Assembly: GCA_904063045.1 (NCBI GenBank)
Contig: CAJFCJ010000009.1
Location: 352,942-416,941 of the forward strand
Reading direction: 5' to 3'
Source: Dimorphilus gyrociliatus
Taxonomy: Eukaryota; Animalia; Annelida
Length of the DNA stretch: 64,000 nt
In this document: piece by piece, positions 13,522-25,846 of the stretch
Layout: each line of letters begins with the position of its first letter
Numbering within the stretch: the first letter of the stretch is position 1
Made by a program: the position numbers and the translations under genes
The notes under the pieces: generated by a model
Database searches by the model: none
What the model was told of the DNA's origin: nothing
Seen by the model: the letters and a program-made list of their open reading frames with translations, nothing else

Positions 13522-13751
13522 GTCCTTGTGTTCAATAGTCATTATTTGTAATCCAAAAATTAACACATAAAAAATGATGTATAAAAAAAAACACTTTCAC
13601 ATTCTTTGACTGACAATTTTTGATCTTTAATGGATTTCTTTCAATAATTGAAAAAAGGCAAGAAATGATGATAGAAAAGAAGATATGAGGAAAAAAAATT
13701 ATTAAAGTTATTGAAATTATAATTATCATTTGTGCTAACTCTTCATTTTCA

Positions 13752-14742
13752 TTATTCTCCTAGCAAGGCGAAGATAAGTCTGAAAAAGAAAGAAGAAAAA
13801 AATTTCTTTATTGTCAATAGTTTCCAATATTTAAACAAATATGGTTTGTTTTCCTTTACCCGTAAAGATAAATAAAGAATAGGATGAGATGATAGCCGAG
13901 TTTAACTATAGCAGTTTTGATATGGTTCTTCAATTGTTGTTTGTTATGTATTTCTAAAGGATCGAATATGCCTATTTGTCCTGGAGGTTTGGTCAAATAC
14001 CTTTATAAATAGGAAAAGAAATAAACATTTATTTTCTTTCTGATAAAATATTGAAATAAAAAATTAACTTACGTGTAAGCGATATAGCCGAATAGAGGCG
14101 CGTTTACTATAAATATTTTATAATTAAAGTTGAATATAAGCATTACCATTATCAAACTATGAGCAAGCAGTTCTGGTAAAACGCACTGCAGAGTAAATAA
14201 CAGAAAATTTGGTTAATAATAAGTAATATTCTTCTCCTTCCCCCTTTATGTAATTGACCAAGTTGAATCTGCTTGTGACGAATGACTAATTTTTTTTTAT
14301 CAGATAAACTTTCGATGGATATATATTTAGAAATAAGATAAAAGAAATGTATCAAAAATTCTAATTACATCTTTCCATTTCGCAGTCTATTAACTTCAAG
14401 CAGAAGAATGTCGGTATAATTACTCTCAAGGGGATACAAAATACTAAAGACATGCTACAAACTCTGTTTAACTTTTGACAGCATTGTTGTGCATTCAGGT
14501 AGTCGCATTCTAAATCAGAAAGGGTTATAGTCTTCACAAGTTAAGAAATAATGACACTTATAAAAAACGTGAACGAAATTAGGGAGATATATAATAAAAA
14601 TTAACTATATCTAGATATATCAATATAAATAATAAATTGATTACAAATATATTGAAAAGGATACAAAATATACTGCTAAAAATAGCAGTCCTGCTCCATC
14701 GATTAGTGAGACAGAATGGGTTAAAATATTAAAGGCACCCAT
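13752..14742 (-). CDS. CNIH4: Protein cornichon homolog 4 (5 exons; missed by the ORF track)
   Basis: Spliced product MGAFNILTHSVSLIDGAGLLFLAVYF/TITLSDLECDYLNAQQCCQKLNR/CVLPELLAH...NAPLFGYIAYT/YLTKPPGQIGIFDPLEIHNKQQLK...KLGYHLILFFIYLYG/LIFALLGE*. It carries the LSDLECDY and FDPxEIHN motifs of CNIH4. Confidence 0.92.
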
Positions 14743-15125
14743 TTTCTAGCTAAGTAAAACTTTCAAACAATATTATTTATACCAGTTTTCAGAGGAGTTT
14801 CGAAAAAAATAGAAAAACCTACGTGGAAGTCAATTGATAAAGCATCATAATGAAAACAATGAATAATACTATCAGTTATCAAATCCTGATCTTTTATTCT
14901 TCAGAATGAACAGCAGTACGTGAAACAAGTGTCCATTGAATCTATCCAATGATATATCGCTATGACTTATAAATATCAAATATACAATTTATGTACATGC
15001 ATGATAGTGTTACAAGTGTTCAAGAAAAAAATTAAAATTCAATCACAGGCTTAAGTTATTATGAACAAAACGAGAATGTCAACAATACAGACAGTTGAAG
15101 TAGAAATGCAGGTTGTTTTGAACAT

Positions 15126-17312
15126 TCATATTTCACGAGATTGATAAAAAAGAATGTATCCGCTTTCGCTTTGACCTTTTTGGAAATCTTGAGCGAGACC
15201 GTAAAAGTCTTCAAAAGTCGATGGTTCAATTTTCTGAATAATTTAAATAGTTTAATAGACAATTTATCATCAACGTCATAATATTCTTACGTCAATCATG
15301 TCATCGTCAAACAATAACCATAAGCCATGTGATTTAACAATGCTAATATAATGGCCTCTATTTGGTCCTGTTCCACAATGAACGACGACAGAAACCAAAT
15401 CATATAATCTGTCTTTGTTTACAGCGTCATCGCTCTGTAAAATAGCGTAAAATGAAAGCGAATGTATATATTTAACATCGGGAAGTAGTATTATACGTAC
15501 TGTATTATACAATCGTAATTCTAATGGAAAGACAACTCTGTAACTTAATTTTGTATATCTATTGACTTGTTCCACATATTTGAATCGCTTCAAGTGGAGG
15601 GCGAGGACCTGAGGTAGATTCTTTATTCGCATTCTAAACAAGGAAAAGATATTAACAAAATAGTTTTTAATGATGAACGACTAGATCAAGTAGTTTATAT
15701 ATCACTTACCGTTTTTGAGCTTCTTGTTTACTGCAACAAACTTCACAATAGTACTTATATTCAGCACAAAGTGTTTCGGTACTACTAAATCCTCTTAGAC
15801 AATGAGATATGGATGTATTTTGTTCGACATCAACAGACAAGTCTAGAAAGTCTTCATCTTTGCTACTAACCTAAAAATGTCATAACAGAAGTCATTAATT
15901 TAAATTTATCAATGTCCAAAAAAAAAAAAGCAATACTGATTCTATTAATTACAAGTGAATTGGACCAGAAATCCTATTAACTTTTTCTGTACAAAGCTCT
16001 AGTTATAAGTAATACATTATACAGCATCTACTAGGATCATGCATATGAGAATGAGAAAAAATTACTTGAAATGTTATAAAAGCAGAATGATATTGATATA
16101 AAATAAGTGTATATAAAATACCGTTTCGCAATTCATACACTTGGTTTCGTTCGTTAGGGTTCCCTGAAATAATTCATGAACCCATGTTGGTGGCACTATT
16201 TCATTTTTATTCAGCAATGGTCCATTAGCCATGGCAGTACTACCATTTGCAGCTGATGAATGATTAGAAAGGTTGTTGCCTTTTGCAGATTTTGAAGTTA
16301 AAGATTTTTCTATAGAAACAAATGATAAAAAAGAAAATGTAATCACTTTGCAATAATAATTCATATAAAGATGCTAGTATAATTCTTTTCAATTGGTTAT
16401 TATTCTTGTTACAACAAATATGATAATAGATAGTTGCTTTTAGTTATTTTTATGATATCAAGTGTACAGAACAAATCAATTCCTTTTAAGTAAAAGAAAG
16501 TCAGTGACTAATTGATTACCTAATTTTAAACTTTTACTTATCCTTAAAACACTTTCTTCTGTTGGTTTATATTATTTAAAATTGTTAATTTAATAGGGAA
16601 ACATAAATGCAAAAGTTAGAAGAAGATACCTTGTAGTAGATCGGCTATCGTATTCAGCAAATAATTCAAGAATTCATGCGCATCTTGTTGTAGGTAGTTA
16701 TCGAACAAATCTTGACGATAGACACATTCTTAAAATCAAAAATGGCATTTTATTGAATTATATTATACCATTTTCCCTTCGAAGACGTTGAACAAATTTC
16801 TTTGGAGCAATTGTGCCAACTTTCTTTTTCTGATTGGCAATGTTATGAAATAGATCAGCTAAACAGGTTAATAATGTTTCTTTCTTCTGATTTTTCTGTT
16901 GTTGCTTGTACTGCAGAATTTTCTCTCGGAATGGACGGCAGAAAAATAAAGCTTGCAGAACAGAATTGCAGTAGCAAGTATTACCAAACTAAAAATTTAA
17001 TAATAATGAGAATATTATTGCGAAATAATGGTAACTTACATTAATTAATCCAAAGAAATGTTCGTTGGGGGGGAACTGATCAGAACCAATTTCCTTAACT
17101 AGGTGCGATTCATTCGCTCCCTAAGCAAAAGACACATGAAATTTTTACAAGTTTATCAATTATTAAATGGTTTACAAAATTCTATCAGTTTAAAACAATT
17201 AAATCTAACGACATGCAAATATACTCGAAGCAAAAATCAAATCTAATAATAGAAATACTGATAAACCATTGCTCAAAATAGTAACACAGTCTAACAATTT
17301 AAAACTTACCAT
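15126..17312 (-). CDS. USP46: Ubiquitin carboxyl-terminal hydrolase 12/46
   Basis: ATG-only first exon, then [41 protein letters not shown] (Cys box), [16 protein letters not shown]...WLLFDDD (His box) and C-terminal [14 protein letters not shown]. Confidence 0.95.
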
Positions 17313-17547
17313 GATTTGAGCAAATTCAGTTTAATCTTGTCCCACCCTTCGCCATTTTGACTTGAATATAAACATTCTCTGTACTTTCGCTCAATGTCGT
17401 TGTGACTAAATTAAAGTCACAAATTTAGTTGTAAAGATATAAATACTTTAATATAATTTAAACTTAAGTCTCAAGCATAAAAAACAATTATAATGTTTTT
17501 ATTAAAATACGAAAACATTTAGACATCCTGCCGCTAGTCGCTACAAA

Positions 17548-17559
17548 CTTCCTTTTCCC
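17548..17559 (+). promoter_or_regulatory. TCT/5'TOP polypyrimidine initiator of RPL21
   Basis: cttccttttccc followed by a short non-coding exon and a donor gag|gtagag, typical of ribosomal protein genes. Confidence 0.6.
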
Positions 17560-17821
17560 GTCGTCCATATTGGCAGAAAGGAGGTAGAGTCACTTTTACA
17601 TTTTTCTTCCTTCAAAACTAGTCTCCGTAGTTTTATTTTACGAATAAGTAATTTGTATTAAGTCGAAGTATTAATTAGCGAAGAGATATGAATAAAAAAA
17701 AGGCGAATTTAGAAATTGGAAAATTTACCACGTGCTCAAGGTTGCGCGTCAAATTTTTCTCCATTTTTTTCGTCTCGCATGTTAACTTATATTTCATTTC
17801 ATTTACTTTTCAGGTGCCAAG

Positions 17822-18651
17822 ATGACCAATACCAAGGGTTACCGCCGCGGAACGCGGTATATGTTCTCAAGACAATTCCGCCACAAGGGTCTTATTCCCT
17901 TGTCCACTTATATGAAAGTCTACCGACGTGGTGATATCGTCGACATCAAGGGAAACGGCGCGGTACAAAAGGGTATGCCGCATAAATCCTACCACGGCCG
18001 TACTGGAAAAGTTTTCAACGTTACACAACATGCCGTTGGAGTCATCGTCAACAAGCGTGTAAAGTAAGTAGCCATTTTGTTTACACTAAAAGTCTTGATA
18101 GAAACTTGATGAACACATATACCCCAATTGATAAACTAATGATCAATATGATTAGTCTTTCTGAAAGAGAGAACGCCATTTTCGAAAAATTCGGCCATGC
18201 TAAGTTTGACCACGTGTTCATTTTTAACAGGGGCAGAATTTTGCCAAAGAGAATCAACGTTAGAGTAGAGCACGTCAAACACTCGAACTGTCGTTTGGAT
18301 TTCTTGAAACGTGTAAAGGAGAATGAAAACATAAAGAAAGCCGCTAAAGCTAAGAACGAAAAGTTTACCGTTAAGAGAATCGTAAGTATTCGTTTATCAC
18401 ATGTTCTTTTTCTTGCGACGCAACATGATGAATTAACCAAAAATAGCTGGAATTACCGTTTGATCTTAATGAAACGGAATTGGCATCTGAAATTCTTCAT
18501 AAAATAATGCGTTTTTCCTCTTTCCCATACCCTCCACTTAACGGCTTTTTTTTTCAAACAGCCGGAGCAACCCAAGGAGGCTCACTACGTTAGAACAAAG
18601 TTCAACAAGCCTCAATTTTTGACACCTATTCCTTACGAGTTTATTGCCTAA
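17822..18651 (+). CDS. RPL21: 60S ribosomal protein L21 (3 coding exons)
   Basis: [17 protein letters not shown]...[12 protein letters not shown]...[20 protein letters not shown].../[13 protein letters not shown]...PIPYEFIA*. Confidence 0.98.
18106..18164 (+). ncRNA. Intronic box C/D snoRNA, LSU rRNA guide
   Basis: C box TTGATGA 18106-12, D' TTGA 18128-31, C' ATGATCA, D box CTGA 18161-64. The 11-nt guide GATTAGTCTTT is antisense to the conserved LSU sequence AAAGACUAAUC. Confidence 0.72.
18425..18490 (+). ncRNA. Intronic box C/D snoRNA, SNORD65/snR77-like (18S guide)
   Basis: C box ATGATGA 18425-31, D' TTGA 18460-63, D box CTGA 18487-90. The 14-nt guide AGCTGGAATTACCG is antisense to 18S CGGUAAUUCCAGCU. 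Confidence 0.85.
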
Positions 18652-19056
18652 TACAGTTGAAGATGAATGAAATCGAAAAACATCGTTCTTTAGTTTTTTA
18701 ACACGCGTTAGTATTCTGAATGTTCAAAAATAGAACAGATGAAAAACCATCGTAAGTTATCACCACAGGAAATATCTTCGAGAGCTAGGAATCAAACGTT
18801 TATGGACCGTGTTTGATTCAATACTTCAGAAAAACGAAGTCAAATATAATACAATACGTTGACGCAAAATTTGCAAAGTAGATGATTATAAATAAAAATA
18901 CATTTCAAGTATATGACTCTGCGGTTTCAAATTGAATAATAAGAGATATAATGAGTAAAAAGTTGTTCTAAAGGACTAGCTCAAAAACAATATTTCCGGT
19001 TTTGTATATCTAAAAGAGTATTTTATTAGAGAAATAGTAAATTTTGTTTAAAACGA

Positions 19057-20778
19057 TCAATGCACCGGAATAGGATTTAAAACATCAACTTCCTTCAAAT
19101 AGTCTGCCGCCAAGTCCTTGACCATTATATTTTTAACAAGACAATTTTCTGTATGTTCCGTATATAAGTCGTCTTTGCTCTCCGGTATCTCTATCTTTGA
19201 CATGACGCCTAGTACTTGAAGTACATCTTCTAGAAGAATTAGACTCTGCATAGGTTGAGGGAGTCGCAAACCTGAGATAAAATTTTCAATATTTTCCCGC
19301 CTATTTTCTCGAAGAGTAGTGACTGCCAGGTTGACTAGAGTTCTTGGTTTTGAACAAAGGTCAATTTCGTCAAGAAGACAACTTGAGAATGTACATTTCT
19401 GACTAGATGTTAAAAATAAAACCTTAAGTAGTCTCCTACAATTTTCATCTGAGGATAAAGATAAGGTAAGATAAGACTAAGATAGGAAATTTAAAAGTTT
19501 ACCCAAAGCTGCGAGTTCAAAACTGCCGGGAGTTTTGCCAGTGAATACGAATCCATTTTGTAGAAGCATAGGCAAGACCCAATACGCCTCTTCTATGAAA
19601 TTAGTCATTTTTTCAGTAATGGCTCTAAATATTCGATAGCAAAACTGATTTCCCAGTTTCTTTAGGGGCATTTTATGCTTATTGAAAAATCTAACAATAT
19701 CATAAACTGTCTTTCTCTGATGTTGTACAGTATTTGGCACAACAACGTAGACGGACGCACACCAAGCCTTATTTAACCACAGACTATAGACTTTTTTTAA
19801 AGTTTGCTTCTCAACAAAAAAGTCAGATAGCATTTGAACTTTGAATAAATTAGCAAAATCTACGCTCCAAATTCCACAATATAAATTCTCATCAGATATC
19901 TCCATTATATAATCGTGAAGTTCCTGTAGAATATACGGGTTCTTTTGAATAAAGTAATCGCGAATCTCCTCTGATGTTTCAATTAAATGGAAAGCTTCGT
20001 TATTGGATGGAATGTAATTCTTTAAATCTGGTTTCTCGTCAAGTAATTTAAAAAAAACATTCGAATTACCATTTTTATAACAATCAAAGAGTAATTTTTC
20101 GCTATTACTATCTCTGATACTTCCGTACAATTCCATGAATTTCTCAATATGTTGCCAAGTAACATTCCTCTCAGAGTAAAATTGAATATCATATCTTCTC
20201 TTACTTCTCCAATGGGAACTGAATCTTATTTTATTCTTTAGCCAATCAAGCATGACTATAATTAGTTTGAGTTCATCAGTGACACCTCTGGCTAATAAAA
20301 AAGCTAAGACTTTGTTATTTATTTCAAAGTTTCTCTGTAAAAGGAACCATTTCCATAAATGAAGAAAATGATCGATGTAGTTATTTTCAATGCAATATAT
20401 CAATGTATTATAAGATAGAGATGACAAATGGTCATCTCCAAATATACCGGATACTGCATCTATTTTATGGCAATCTAAATACTTCGTAATTAAAGGCCAT
20501 ATTAATTTCTTTTTGCAACATTCGAAACATTTACGATATTTTATCAACATTGAATAATCCTTTATGTTAACATTAAGAATTGAGCAAATGTAGTCGTTGC
20601 CTGCTAAGGAACAAAATTTCTTTATCGCTTTGTTTGTTATTTCCAATGATACATCAGCTGATGCACAAAAGTTTAATATCCCTGTTTTGGGTAGGCAATA
20701 TGCTGCAACGGGTATATCTACTGATGCATCTAAAATCTTCTCTACTATCGATTCCGTAAGGAACAAATTCTCAGACAT
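19057..20778 (-). CDS. Lineage-specific protein with C-terminal SOCS-box-like motif (paralog of 25847-27460)
   Basis: 433-aa ORF, a 54-nt intron (19502-19449), then exon 2 ...KPRTLVNLAVTTLRENRRENIENFISGLRLPQPMQSLILLE (SOCS-box pattern). Confidence 0.75.
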
Positions 20779-22310
20779 TGTTTAATAGAGTATGAGGAAG
20801 GGTAATGATGAAAGATCTTTGAGTACGTGCTGCTCTACGAAGTTCCAATCTGAAATCGTTGCCGTTGACAAATTTGATCAAGTCTACATGGACAAGTTAT
20901 TCCTTAAACTCAAGAAACTAATTAGTCAAAAAATTGGAAAAAGCGCTTTCAAATTTCAAATTTCCGGTTCCGTATTTTCTTCACAGTCATATGTCAAATA
21001 GAGGCAAAAGTGTCCAAATTTAAAAAGGATGCAAATAAATTATATTGTCCAGTTGAATATATTTAATTTAAACGTAATCAAATTAATTTTCTTATGTTAA
21101 CGATATTAGGTGATATATCGCCTATTCTGTCAAAAGTAATTGGACAATGCACTGAAGACGTTAGACAAAGAACAATACGCCATCTATCGTATAAAAACAT
21201 TATCAACATGATTTCCCATGAGATGATTTAACAAACACTGGAATTTTTAAGAAACGAAGAAAATAAGCCTACTTTTAAAGAGAGAGAGAGAGAGAAGGCC
21301 CGCAAGAAAAATTATAAATTTTATTTCCAAACAAACAAAAAATTACACATCAATACAACCATGTGGTTTGTTCTAGAAAATCAAATCCTTTCAAGTCTTT
21401 ACAACAAGGGTAAACTTGTTTCGTTATAATTCTCATGAAAGGACTATGTTAAGGTTATTGTTGTTTTGCATTGACTAAATAATATTCTTTTTTTTTAAAG
21501 GGTAATATATCTACTCTTTTATTGGACAGGGGCTCAGACAAATTATGTAGGCTAGCTTCTCACACTGTCTCATATGAGATGAAGGGGGCTTTGTTTTAGA
21601 AATAAATGTTCTATCGTCCTAAATATTAACATAAATATATTTTTTATTGAAATAATACTCTCTTTCTTTTATCCGTCTAAATATAGAGCATTGTATCTAA
21701 ATGTCCTGCATAAAACATAATATTTAAGATAAGTAAGAAAAAGCACCGATTGAATTCGTATATTTGGATTATAGGTTAAATACTTCTTTCTATTCTTTTA
21801 AAGTCAACCATTAAACACTACAATAACAGTTTCCTTCTTGAAGAGAAATTCAATATATTTTTAGTTTTAATTCAAATCTCTTAGAAAAAATCTTTTTATA
21901 AGAACATGCTATTTATATAAAAAATAATAGCCAGTGGTTCAATTAGCTTTTATATTTCTATATTGTTAAATTCGATAAAACAAACAGAATTCTTTCAATT
22001 ATTGATGCCTTATTGATCTTTGTTAGATAAAGACATTTCCTTTTTATTTATAATATACTTTCTGTAATGAAATTGCGTTTGAATAGACAAGGAATGATTT
22101 AAATTTACAGTTTTTTAAAAAAATTTCCCTTGTTTGAATTTATGGCGGTAAAATACCGGAAACAAATAAAATTTAAAACTGACTTGAAGGTGCGGTGCTG
22201 TCATACCGGATATTGTAATATCGCTTAGAAACAGACGTAAATAACGAATTATATGTGTATTAGAGAATATTTGACGAGTTATTAAAGAAAAGAGTTAATA
22301 GTCTATCAGA

Positions 22311-23127
22311 ATGGCAGCAGATCAAGCATCACAAATAATACAAAACCAATTGGAACAGGTATTATTGATGATTACAAATTTTCAATGTGCACGTGCAAGT
22401 TCTGACGGCAACAAAATTCTTCTTTAATTTATAGGTAGCTAAGGTTGTTGAACAGCAAGTAGACGCCGAAATTGAACGACTGGATAAACTCGATGAGAAC
22501 GATCTGGAAAGTATACGAAAACAAAGAATCGCCCAAATGAAGAAAATGCAAGAAATGAAAGCGAACTGGAAACAACTAGGTAACAGATTTTTTTGTCGAC
22601 TTTTTTCAACATAAGAAATAACTTTATGTATTATTCCTATCATAGGTCATGGAGAATACTCAGAATTAGCAGAAGAAAAAGAATTTTTTGAAGTTGGAAA
22701 ACAATCGAAAAATGCTGTTTGCCATTTTTACCGTGACAGTGCTGAACGATGCAAAATCGTTGATAAGCATCTCAGAATCTTGGCTGCGAAACACTTAGAG
22801 TGCCGATTTGTTAAAATAAACGCTGAGAAGGCTCCATTTTTGGCCGAAAGACTCAAGATTCGAGTTATCCCCACTCTATGTCTCATTAAAGACTCGAAAA
22901 CGAAAGATTATATTGTTGGCTTTGACGATTTAGGCGGTCGTGATGACTTTTCAACTGAGATGATGGAATGGAGAATAGCCCAGGCCCAAGTTATTAATTA
23001 CAGTGGCGATCTACTAACACCACCTGATCAACCAAAAAAAAGTACTAAAATTATAGGAGTATCAAAGAAAGGAAAAACTATCAGGGGTGGAGACGACGAC
23101 GACGACAGTTCAGACGACGACTATTAA
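22311..23127 (+). CDS. TXNDC9: Thioredoxin domain-containing protein 9 (phosducin-like 3)
   Basis: [33 protein letters not shown].../[15 protein letters not shown]...CHFYR...[22 protein letters not shown]...DDSSDDDY*. Confidence 0.93.
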
Positions 23128-25427
23128 ACATCTGTAAATATGCTATGAACTTCTCCATAGTGTTCCTTGCAAATTTTTACCTAAAAATACAAATAGAAAT
23201 TTATCTTTATCTATCTATCTAAAATGAATCACTTCAATCGCCAGATGGCCTTGCTTAATATGTATTTTGTTCTATCTCTTTTTCAGAGAGCAACTAAGTC
23301 CTAATTTATTCAATTCACACACATATAAATATATATTAATTATATATAGTTCGTTATGTGACATATTATGGTAACAATTGGAAAATGTTGCCCTTAAAAG
23401 CCAACCTCTCTTTGTCTAAATTAGTCAACTTTATAATCCGTTTGCCTTTTATGCTTATTGTTTTATTATTGGGAGCGCAAAGGTCATTTATAAAAAAAAC
23501 GATAAAATGCTTAGGAAGAAGTATAATGGAGTTTTTCCTATCAATTATCGTTTATCTGAAAATTCAGAATATTCTCTATTCCGGTCAGTGTAAGAGTTAA
23601 CATCCTTTACGAGATAGAACATCACTTTTTCGTCCTTTATTAACTGAATTATTGATTTTGAAAGATATTTCCCATTTGAATTGTTTTTTAATTACTTTGA
23701 TTGCAATAGATAAAACGAAGAGAGGAAGAAAAGATAACCCTTCGTATAGGTATAGTAGTATTTCTTCCTCTACACCTTCCAGATTTTTTAGGGCAGACAA
23801 AATTACCGGTTGCTTGGGCATCTTACCTATCTTTGGAAAAGAAACATACCGGTCTTCTGATCATCGATGCGGCTAATAGTTTTTTAAAATCTTATACTCT
23901 ACTCAAAGAAAAATAAATTCTATGCTTTCCCTCTTCTTTTCTATATAGGATAGTTATGCTCACACGAAGAGCATGATAAACAGGCCTGTAGTAGCTCATA
24001 AATGTGACTGAAAGTGATAAAGTAGATTATCAAACGTTTAATTATGAATACTTTGAGACACTAATTCCATTATCTGGATTATTGGGGGTAAATCTTATCT
24101 TGCTTAAAGACACCAAGCTAAAATATACTTCTTTAGCAAAGATGAGAGGAATTAATCTCTCATTCTTTAAAGCCAACAAAACGCATTATAAAAACATCTA
24201 TTGATATATGAATTGTTACCTTGAAGAGTTAATTAATAAACCTTTACTACGAACCTGTTATTGGACAAAAGTAAGAGTTACGCTTAGATGGATAATTTTA
24301 GCGAATTAAGAATGACTAGAAATATTAAATTTCCCTATAACTGAGTTGCTGTGTTTGTTGTTCTTGTCTTGAAGAACGCCTTTTAGAATATACTAGATAG
24401 AGAGTTGTTGAATTTTTCAGCTAGATAAGAAGAGAAGAATATAAATTACTTTTTTTTCGCTCTCTCTCTCTCTGTCTCTCTTTCTTCCTTCCATTCCTCA
24501 TTTCTCACTATTTTCTTTTCTTTATTTGCTTGTTTTTTGTAGTACTGTTAAAACACTCGTAGAATATTCTTAAGACAATTTTCATCCTATATTTCTTCTT
24601 TTAAAGGATTCTTAACCTCTTTCTAAATAGATCGAGCATTATAGACTTCAAAGTGAAGATTTTACGAAAAAAACTCGTCTCTAAATTTTAAACCGAAATA
24701 AAGATGGGAGAAAGAGAGAGAGAGAGAGAGAGAGATGAGCGGGTAAAAGGGGAGAGCAGTGTAAGTGTATAGAATAGTATAGGCGGTAGGAAGGAAAAAA
24801 GAGGAAGAGAGGAAGAGAGATTCTAAAGTAAGTAAAAACATTGAGATCTATTTGGTGATACACACAAAAAGAAAAAAAACCACTATAGCCAAAGGGCTAC
24901 GTTATGCCTAACAATCGATATTTAACAGCCGTAAACAAAACTTTTAGAAAACAATTAAACACACGTTTCATTTTCCATTAAAATTGAATATAAGTACAAA
25001 ATTTTCCACCAATAAGATCAGTTTATTAACCCACTTTCTTATTCATGTTTAAAAACAAGGAAAGGAATATCTTATCATTTTCTTCATTTCTTATTTCATC
25101 TATTTTTTATTTAAATTTTATGAAAAAGGGAATCGTTTTAAAATTTACACTTTTTTTTCCGATTAAGCGTTTTTTTTTTCCCCTCAATTCATAATTATAA
25201 ACGCCGGAACGGTCAAAGCGTTCACTGAATATAAGTATTGTATAGATTGTAAGAAACGTTTAATTTTGTAGTCCTATCCGGTTGGATTAACCGGAATCGA
25301 CATTGTCGACATTCTGTTTCCGTTGTTCACGTTACACAGAAAAAAAGAAATTAACAAATGCACGAAAGATGTTTTTAAGATTTAGAGTACAGTTAGACTT
25401 TCGACTTATCGTTGACGTATACAATTA

Positions 25428-25430
<3 letters not shown>

Positions 25431-25466
<36 letters not shown>
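25431..25466. repeat. (TA)n microsatellite
   Basis: About 18 TA units. Confidence 0.9.
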
Positions 25467-25470
<4 letters not shown>

Positions 25471-25846
25471 TATTTTCTTAATATTTATGATATTATGTAT
25501 CTTTATCATAAATTTATAATACTCAACAACTGAACAGCATGTTTTATCCATATTTGCAGAGATTATAACTAGTCATTTATATCTTCATCTTTTCATGATA
25601 TAATCTTTAAGAATAATTAAACTATAGTAAAAGACGCCTTTGAAATTCATATTTAGATGATGAAAAATTAACTATAAGAGTCACATCCTACCTTCTTTTA
25701 GTAGGAACAATGAGAAAAAGATTGTAAAAATTTACTTTCAATTCATAGCTGATTAGGCTTATACAATCTAGCCTGATAAGTTCGATCTACAAAAGACACA
25801 AATCTAGGTTGTGTTAGCGACTTATCATATTTAGAAATTTTATTTT

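Noticed and set aside
13532-13729. Hydrophobic 65-aa ORF resembling a secreted peptide
   Set aside because: Starts just after the CNIH4 stop (likely 3'UTR). Its Ile/Phe richness is explained by T-rich sequence.
23358-24204. Cluster of 66-80 aa ORFs on both strands, with faint LRR-like or NB-ARC-like (FLPL) words
   Set aside because: No consistent splice path or convincing motif. It could be a decayed gene, but this cannot be supported without a search.
25267-25293. Palindrome TCCGGTT-ggatt-AACCGGA
   Set aside because: A 7-bp stem with no matching partner or target-site duplication, so it is not evidence of a transposon end.
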